From Oligoflexia bacterium (GTDB lineage Bacteria; Bdellovibrionota; Bdellovibrionia; JABDDW01): DNA of 13,086 nt. This document shows, one piece after another, positions 8,057 through 13,086 of this stretch. Position numbers and translations under genes: made by a program. Below the pieces are notes generated by a model. The model made no database searches and was not told the DNA's origin. It was given only the letters and a program-made list of their open reading frames with translations. The stretch lies in contig JAYTHU010000104.1 of NCBI GenBank assembly GCA_043732305.1, forward strand, positions 1-13,086. The letters are read 5' to 3'. Positions within the stretch are counted from its first letter, which is position 1. The number at the start of each line of letters is the position of its first letter.

Positions 8057-8762
8057 TCAAAATGAACTTTTGGAAATGGCTCGAGAAAAATTTCGCAATG
8101 GCGAGATGTCTTTGGCCGAAAGAATCTTGCAGCAACTTCTTCTGATCAATAACAAGATCCCCGAAGTTTATCAAATGCTGGGAACGATTTATTACGATCA
8201 AGGGAAATTCACAAAAGCCATTCAGACATTCAAACGCGCCCTTGAAATTGATCCTACATTTACTGATGCCAGCATCGGGCTTTCTATTATTTATAATGAC
8301 CTTGGAAAGTATGAAGAAGGAAAACAAGTTTTCCTTGAAGCCCAACGTGTTTTAAATATCAAAAAAGCAAAACCTGACCCTTACATTGAAGAACGTTTAT
8401 CTTCAAAGCATTTAGAATTGGGTGATCTCTATTTTCAGTATCAACGTTATGATGAAGCCTTGGAACAATACTATAAAGCTTCATCACTCACGCAGCGCAA
8501 GCCCGACGCCCACATGAAAATTGTTGAAGTTTATTTGAAAAAGAACAGTGCCGCACGAGCGGTCAAAGAATTGCGCAAAATTATAGAGTCGTTTCCAGGT
8601 TACATTCCCGCGCGACTCAAACTTGGCGTGGTTTACTATAATTCCAATAAAGTCATCGAAGCGACACAAGAGTGGGAATCCGTTTTGTCTCGAGACCCCT
8701 TAAATTCCGATGCGCAAAATTACGTCAGACTTGCTCAAGAAGTCCGAGTCACCACTCTCTAA
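8043..8762 (+). CDS. Tetratricopeptide repeat protein (cytoplasmic, no signal peptide)
   Basis: Multiple TPRs, e.g. VYQMLGTIYYDQGKFTKAIQTFKRALEIDP, HLELGDLYFQYQRYDEAL, ARLKLGVVYY. Start reassigned to the ATG at 8043, which has a GGAG RBS and overlaps the bamD end by 14 nt. Confidence 0.88.
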   Translation: MAVVDQNELLEMAREKFRNGEMSLAERILQQLLLINNKIPEVYQMLGTIYYDQGKFTKAIQTFKRALEIDPTFTDASIGLSIIYNDLGKYEEGKQVFLEAQRVLNIKKAKPDPYIEERLSSKHLELGDLYFQYQRYDEALEQYYKASSLTQRKPDAHMKIVEVYLKKNSAARAVKELRKIIESFPGYIPARLKLGVVYYNSNKVIEATQEWESVLSRDPLNSDAQNYVRLAQEVRVTTL

Positions 8763-8763
8763 C

Positions 8764-9288
8764 ATGTTTAAAAATCAAACTAAGCTCTATATCACTGCCG
8801 CGCAAATTGAAAAAAAATGCCAGGAACTTGGTATGGAAATTTCTCGGGATTATCGCGGGAAGCCACTTGTTTTGATCGTGATACTCAAGGGAAGCATTGT
8901 TTTTTTTGCGGATCTAGTCCGCCACATCGACATCCCTTTTGAAACAGATTTTGTGCAACTTTCTAGCTATGGGCATGGGACCGAAACTTCTGGCGAAGTA
9001 AAAGTAGGACGTGATGTTTCTAAAAACCTCAAAGAAAAAAACGTCGTCGTTATTGAAGACATTTTAGATACGGGTTTGACTCTGCATTTTTTCACCGAAT
9101 ATTTAAAAAAACACGAAGCAGCCGACGTGAAGATTTGCGCCTTGCTAGATAAGTCTTCTCGCAGACGCGTGAAGCTTGAAGCCGACTACTGTGGATTCAA
9201 AATAGACGATCACTTTGTTGTGGGTTATGGACTCGACTTCAATGAAATTTGCAGAAATTATCCTGACATTCATCAAGTGACCACATAA
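8764..9288 (+). CDS. hpt: Hypoxanthine phosphoribosyltransferase
   Basis: ILKGSIVFFADL, SSYG, PRPP-binding VVVIEDILDTGLTL, LLDK, FVVGYGLD. The ATG at 8764 is separated from the upstream TAA by 1 nt. Confidence 0.96.
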   Translation: MFKNQTKLYITAAQIEKKCQELGMEISRDYRGKPLVLIVILKGSIVFFADLVRHIDIPFETDFVQLSSYGHGTETSGEVKVGRDVSKNLKEKNVVVIEDILDTGLTLHFFTEYLKKHEAADVKICALLDKSSRRRVKLEADYCGFKIDDHFVVGYGLDFNEICRNYPDIHQVTT

Positions 9289-9313
9289 AATCTCATTCTA
9301 AAAATACGTAAAA

Positions 9314-9943
9314 TTAATGGAGCTTGGTAGGATCGGTGTGCGAACGTTCTGGAGCCACGTATTCGTCATCACGTCGCTTTCTAAATATATCGAGAGGGAT
9401 TTCCAAACTTTCAGATGCAATCAATTGATCCCCATTTCTATATCTAGCGAGCCGATCCATATCGTACTGAACTTCTGAAATAAAATAAAAATAAACCATT
9501 TTCTTATGCTTTAATTCGTCGATTGCTGCGAAGTTTCTATCAAATACGGTGGCTTTTTCCAAAATGGATTGCTGATCTTCAATATCACTGTATTTTTCTT
9601 TAAATAAAAAAAACAGTGATTGGCTTTCGAGCATGACATTTTTTATGACTTGTCCAAAAGAAATTTTGTTTGCAGGCAGACCATGAATGTCCAATTGATT
9701 TTTATGCCCGTTATTTTCAGCAGAAAGTATTTCGCCCACGGATTTATGCAGCTTAGTCACCGTTTGAATAAACATTACGAACTCAACATCATCGTTGATA
9801 TCAGGACTTCCGAGAATGCCGTCGTATGTAAAAATCTCCAAGTTTTCGATCTTATGAACACAATTTTTCACCGACAGATCTGCAGCAAGTACAAGATTTG
9901 CCTTTGAAATCAAAACTAGTAACAGTAGAGCAAACATTTTCAA
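9314..9943 (-). CDS. Hypothetical secreted protein (209 aa)
   Basis: Sec-type signal MKMFALLLLVLISKANLVLA|AD; AAGGA RBS upstream of the TTG; sigma54-like promoter upstream. No family recognised. Confidence 0.72.
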   Translation of the reverse strand: MKMFALLLLVLISKANLVLAADLSVKNCVHKIENLEIFTYDGILGSPDINDDVEFVMFIQTVTKLHKSVGEILSAENNGHKNQLDIHGLPANKISFGQVIKNVMLESQSLFFLFKEKYSDIEDQQSILEKATVFDRNFAAIDELKHKKMVYFYFISEVQYDMDRLARYRNGDQLIASESLEIPLDIFRKRRDDEYVAPERSHTDPTKLH

Positions 9944-9970
9944 TTTTCCGTCCTTTTAAGAATTCTTATT

Positions 9971-9987
9971 AGCAAATCTACTGCCAG
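9971..9987 (-). promoter_or_regulatory. Putative sigma54 (RpoN) -24/-12 promoter for the 9943..9314 gene
   Basis: Minus strand reads CTGGCAGTAGATTTGCT, matching YTGGCA-N6-TTGCW with exact GG-N10-GC spacing. The predicted TSS near 9960 leaves room for the RBS. Confidence 0.7.
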
Positions 9988-10089
9988 CCCAAATCCGTCA
10001 CTATTGAACATGAAATCCTCAAGGATTTTCCCCCTTTAGCCCTATAGCGGCCCTCTCCGTAGGTCTGGCATTTGCAGTTTTGATAAAGC

Positions 10090-11718
10090 ATGAGAATCAT
10101 ACTTGTATCTATACTCACACTGACTCTACTTCAAGTAGGCTGTGGCTCAAAAAACGGAGCAAAATCTGGAGCTGTTCCTAATTCTTCGGACCCTCAGGTA
10201 AACTCAGTTTCCATCACGACCCAAGATACATCTGCAGGTCAGAGTCAGCCACTCTCTCGAGTTCCAGTTGCCGCGACCCCTCCTCAGCCCGCGGAAATAA
10301 ATTCTAGCCCGGCGGACATAAAAGTTTTGCATTCTGCGGATACTGGGAAAACTATTAAGACTTTTGATTTGCCACTGGAAGAAATCACTGTGGAAATAAA
10401 AAAAGACAACTCCTCCGACGAAATAAAATATCTCATGGAATTCAAAACAAAAATGCCAACACTAAAAGATCAACCAAAGGTGACCTTGACGGGATTGATT
10501 GATCTTGCAGGGCAGTTTCGACTTTCACCCACTGAAGAAAATTCTGATTATTCGATAGCTGGAGTGGGGGAGTGCTTCACGACAGAAACATTCGAAACTG
10601 ATCAAGCACAAGCTAATCGTTGCTCCAGTTTGTACATTGATGTTTACGTTAAAGATCATGAGAACTACCTCTACAAACAAGTTAAGGTTCAGAAAATTAC
10701 CTATCTCAGCGAAGAAAAACCTACCCCCACCCCGGAATCAAAAGAAAAATCATCCGAAAAACCAGTTGTGAAACCAGTTACAAAGCCCGCTGTAAAACCG
10801 AAGCTGGTCAAAATCTCACCGCCTGCCGATGAAGACACTGAACCCGATTGCACAAAGGCTGTAAGTGATAAAGATAGAAGCGCGCTTTGCACTGACCCAG
10901 GCAGGTTTGAGGGGCGAGATCTTTCTCTAGAAGAATTATTTCCAAAATCTCAACAGGAAAAACTCCCGGCTCTACCAAGTATAGTTCCAAGTTTACCTCG
11001 TATTCCCCCCGTCAAAATTAAGGAATCAACAAAGCCTTCAGTCACAATTTCCCAAACCAGATCCAGCCACCTTCAATCTTTTTACGATTACAACACCGGT
11101 CATTTGGAAAATGCAACTGAGCTTATCGAGGATAGAAATGTCTTTTACAAAAATAGAATAGATCTCGACACGAACTTCGGCGCGGATTCCCTCGTAAATT
11201 TTGTGAAAGCATTTGTTATTGAACACACTATCAATACCTCGCAAAAAGAGATGGTTTCAACTTTAGCCAAAAAGACGGGCGGCCGAGTTAAAGGTCAAGT
11301 CTCCCATCACAATGGTTTGGAAGTAGATTTGGGTTATCCATCCAACATTGAAGATGAAAACATGTTTGTGTCAGTGGTTCCAGGTTTGACTAAAGCGCCT
11401 CATCAAACCGGTAAATTAAATATGAAAGCCTTTCGCGCAAATTTAAAATGGATCAAAGAAAATGCTGATCCAGTAAGAATATTTGTGCATCCGGCAATCA
11501 TTAAATGGACATGCGATGACGCCAAAAAAACCGGCGATCTTGAACGTGATAAAGATATTTTGGATTTGCTCACACCTGAATCAAGACACTTTCATGTGAT
11601 GCATGTGAGACTTCGTTGCCAGAAAGCAGATTCGCTCTGCCAAAATGAAAAAGCTGCCATCATCTACGGCGGGTGCAGATACTCTAAAGAAAAGTCGCTG
11701 GAAAAAGAAATCCTTTGA
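10090..11718 (+). CDS. Lipoprotein with a C-terminal MepA-like (penicillin-insensitive murein endopeptidase, LAS/M74) domain
   Basis: Lipobox QVGC (Cys18), an uncharacterised N-terminal domain and a Pro/Lys-rich linker. MepA-like motifs GHLENA, GGRVKGQVSHHNGLEVD, RIFVHPAI and HVRLRC......C. Confidence 0.78.
   Translation: MRIILVSILTLTLLQVGCGSKNGAKSGAVPNSSDPQVNSVSITTQDTSAGQSQPLSRVPVAATPPQPAEINSSPADIKVLHSADTGKTIKTFDLPLEEITVEIKKDNSSDEIKYLMEFKTKMPTLKDQPKVTLTGLIDLAGQFRLSPTEENSDYSIAGVGECFTTETFETDQAQANRCSSLYIDVYVKDHENYLYKQVKVQKITYLSEEKPTPTPESKEKSSEKPVVKPVTKPAVKPKLVKISPPADEDTEPDCTKAVSDKDRSALCTDPGRFEGRDLSLEELFPKSQQEKLPALPSIVPSLPRIPPVKIKESTKPSVTISQTRSSHLQSFYDYNTGHLENATELIEDRNVFYKNRIDLDTNFGADSLVNFVKAFVIEHTINTSQKEMVSTLAKKTGGRVKGQVSHHNGLEVDLGYPSNIEDENMFVSVVPGLTKAPHQTGKLNMKAFRANLKWIKENADPVRIFVHPAIIKWTCDDAKKTGDLERDKDILDLLTPESRHFHVMHVRLRCQKADSLCQNEKAAIIYGGCRYSKEKSLEKEIL
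10759..10800 (+). repeat. Degenerate 12-nt coding tandem repeat (KPVV-KPVT-KPAV-KP)
   Basis: aaaccagttgtg aaaccagttaca aagcccgctgta aaaccg, within the lipoprotein linker. Confidence 0.6.
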
Positions 11719-11896
11719 GGAACACCTCCCTCGAGAGAAAAAAATAATTGATTTGCCAGAGGAGGAAAAAATCTGCCCTCACGACGAAAAAAAGCTTCAC
11801 GAAATTGATGAAGAAAGATGGGAGAAACTAAAAACTATTCTCGCTCAGTTTTCAATTGTTGTAGAAATAAAAAAGAAATGACTGCTTCCCACATGA
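11687..11896 (+). pseudogene. IS66-family transposase (TnpC) remnant, zinc-finger region
   Basis: EHLPREKKIIDLPEEEKICPHD..LHEIDEERWEKLKTILAQFSIVVEIKKK* follows the IS66 TnpC pattern LPxHLPRE..IDL.E.E..CPxx...L..IGEE.SE.L..IPA.......R.KYAC. It stops where KYAC is expected. No DDE domain or inverted repeats found. Boundaries are approximate. Confidence 0.8.
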
Positions 11897-12162
11897 AGTT
11901 CGATTTAGACGAGGGATACAAATTGAAGGCGAAGGTGATTTTGAGTTAAAATTTTCAGAGATCTTGGAAATAGGCGTGCCTGAATGACCACTTCCGCTGC
12001 TATGAAAAGATCGGCCTCGAAAGCACGAAATCCTAGACAATATTTTCACATTAAAATCGCGAGACCCATACCTGCGAAACAAGACAACCAATTTCTTTGA
12101 GTCTAATGATTGAAATGCACACTGACTTTAGCGAAAACACTTTTCCGACGTTTTTTAATTTT

Positions 12163-12489
12163 CTATTTAGAAGATATATTTTTGAATTTGAGTATTTGCT
12201 CGTTCACCCAAATAGTAATTTGCTCCAGTTTTGGGTGTGAATCTAACTGGTTTTGACTTAATCCAAATAAAGTATATGACAATTCAGCGCCGTTATATTC
12301 AAAATGCACTGGTAATTCAAGATAGGAGCAATGAAGTAGCAAAATAGGCATCATGAACACTGAGTCTTTTTCTTGGTATTCACGCTCCACTATCTCCTCA
12401 CTTGGGAAGGCTTTCTCGAGTTTCAGTATGATTTGCTTTCCAGTTTCATTCGGCCAGCTTGAGGAGAGTAACACCGTTTTTTTTATCAT
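12163..12489 (-). CDS. Hypothetical protein (108 aa)
   Basis: ATG start with a purine-rich GGGGAAG upstream and protein-like composition. No family recognised. Confidence 0.55.
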   Translation of the reverse strand: MIKKTVLLSSSWPNETGKQIILKLEKAFPSEEIVEREYQEKDSVFMMPILLLHCSYLELPVHFEYNGAELSYTLFGLSQNQLDSHPKLEQITIWVNEQILKFKNISSK

Positions 12490-12993
12490 ACATTTCTTCC
12501 CCGCTGGTTTGAAGGCAGCCGCTAGTCAATAAGTATAAGTGGCGTTGGCAAAAAGTCATCAAAGAAATGATTACACTTTAAGCGGCGGAAATAAATGTGA
12601 CGGGAAATAGACTCCCAGGTCCGATATCCAAATTACTGGCTCCCGAAGCAAGTAAATTTCGCATGCGCCATTCCTTTCCCATGCACAAAGGTTAGATATT
12701 TTATCGATTTCAGATCGAATGCTCGAATAAAGCAGGAACGACCAAAAGCCCCCGATGAAGTTCAATCAAGGTGGATTGATGTACTTTTCACCGTGGCTCG
12801 CGAGCTAGAAATTTACTCAAGGAAAAGAAACATTTCACATAATAAGAGATAGCGGCAGATTTCAAATATCATCAGTTGAACGGAAGTCTGGAGTCGGCGC
12901 CCGATCTAAAACCGGTTTCGAACTTTCTACAGATCGTCCATCGGAGATCAACGTAGTTGGTAACCTTCTTAGGTTTTCGTCAGGAATTACAGA

Positions 12994-13086
12994 GTCGAGT
13001 CAACCCCGGGAGTTTCACCCGGAGTTGCTCACAGAACCGTACGTGAACGTCTCCGTTCATACGGCTCTTGATCACACATTCGATTC
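12994..13086 (-). mobile_element. Group II intron, 3' end (end of DIV, DV, DVI, 3' splice site); the remainder lies beyond the window
   Basis: Minus strand: a 34-nt DV GAGCCGTAT-GAACG-GAGA-CGTTC-AC-GTACGGTTC (13067-13034) with AGC triad, AC bulge and GNRA loop. DVI is GAG-CAACTCCGGG-loop-CCCGGGGTTG-A-CTC with the bulged branch A at 13000. Terminal AC ends at 12994. Confidence 0.95.

Noticed and set aside
5661..8669. Minus-strand ORFs opposite the bamD operon (5661..6125, 7929..8345 and others)
   Set aside because: Antisense shadows with no independent support.
10065..10083. Second sigma54-like site CTGGCATTTGCAGTTTTGA upstream of the lipoprotein gene
   Set aside because: No GC at the required GG-N10-GC spacing, and it is too close to the start codon.
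11889..12113. Plus-strand frame PHEVRFRRGIQIEGEGDFELKFSEILEIGVPE*PLPLL*KDRPRKHEILDNIF... as a possible pseudogene, and the overlapping minus ORF 11852..12091
   Set aside because: No recognisable family or start signal, so it cannot be told apart from chance without a homology search.
12571..12852. Minus ORF 12571..12765 and a start-less 83-codon plus-strand frame 12601..12852
   Set aside because: Neither has a convincing start with RBS or recognisable motifs. They may be gene debris but are unsupported.
11720..12993. CRISPR array, integron attC sites, tRNA or DGR repeats in the gene-poor right end
   Set aside because: By eye I found no regularly spaced direct repeats, attC-like inverted cores, cloverleaf or TR/VR pair. 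The only clear structured element is the intron DV/DVI.

Overview
Mostly a low-GC bacterial housekeeping region, with likely mobile-element sequence at both edges. The gene style suggests Bdellovibrionota or Deltaproteobacteria, but that is only an inference. Left, minus strand: a translationally coupled arginine/ornithine succinyltransferase (AST)-type operon, ordered class III aminotransferase (astC/argD-like), ArgE/DapE-like M20 amidohydrolase, astA, astD. astD stops abruptly about 160 codons early, 18 nt from the window edge. Middle, plus strand: an operon of a BatE-like TPR/SH3 protein, a stand-alone cNMP-binding protein, an AI-2E transporter, bamD, a TPR protein and hpt. Next is a divergent pair: a secreted orphan with a near-consensus sigma54 promoter, and a 542-aa lipoprotein ending in a MepA-like domain with an altered catalytic His motif. 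Right end: a decayed IS66 transposase fragment overlapping the lipoprotein's 3' end, a small orphan ORF, and the 3' end (domains V and VI) of a group II intron on the minus strand, which the ORF track cannot show.
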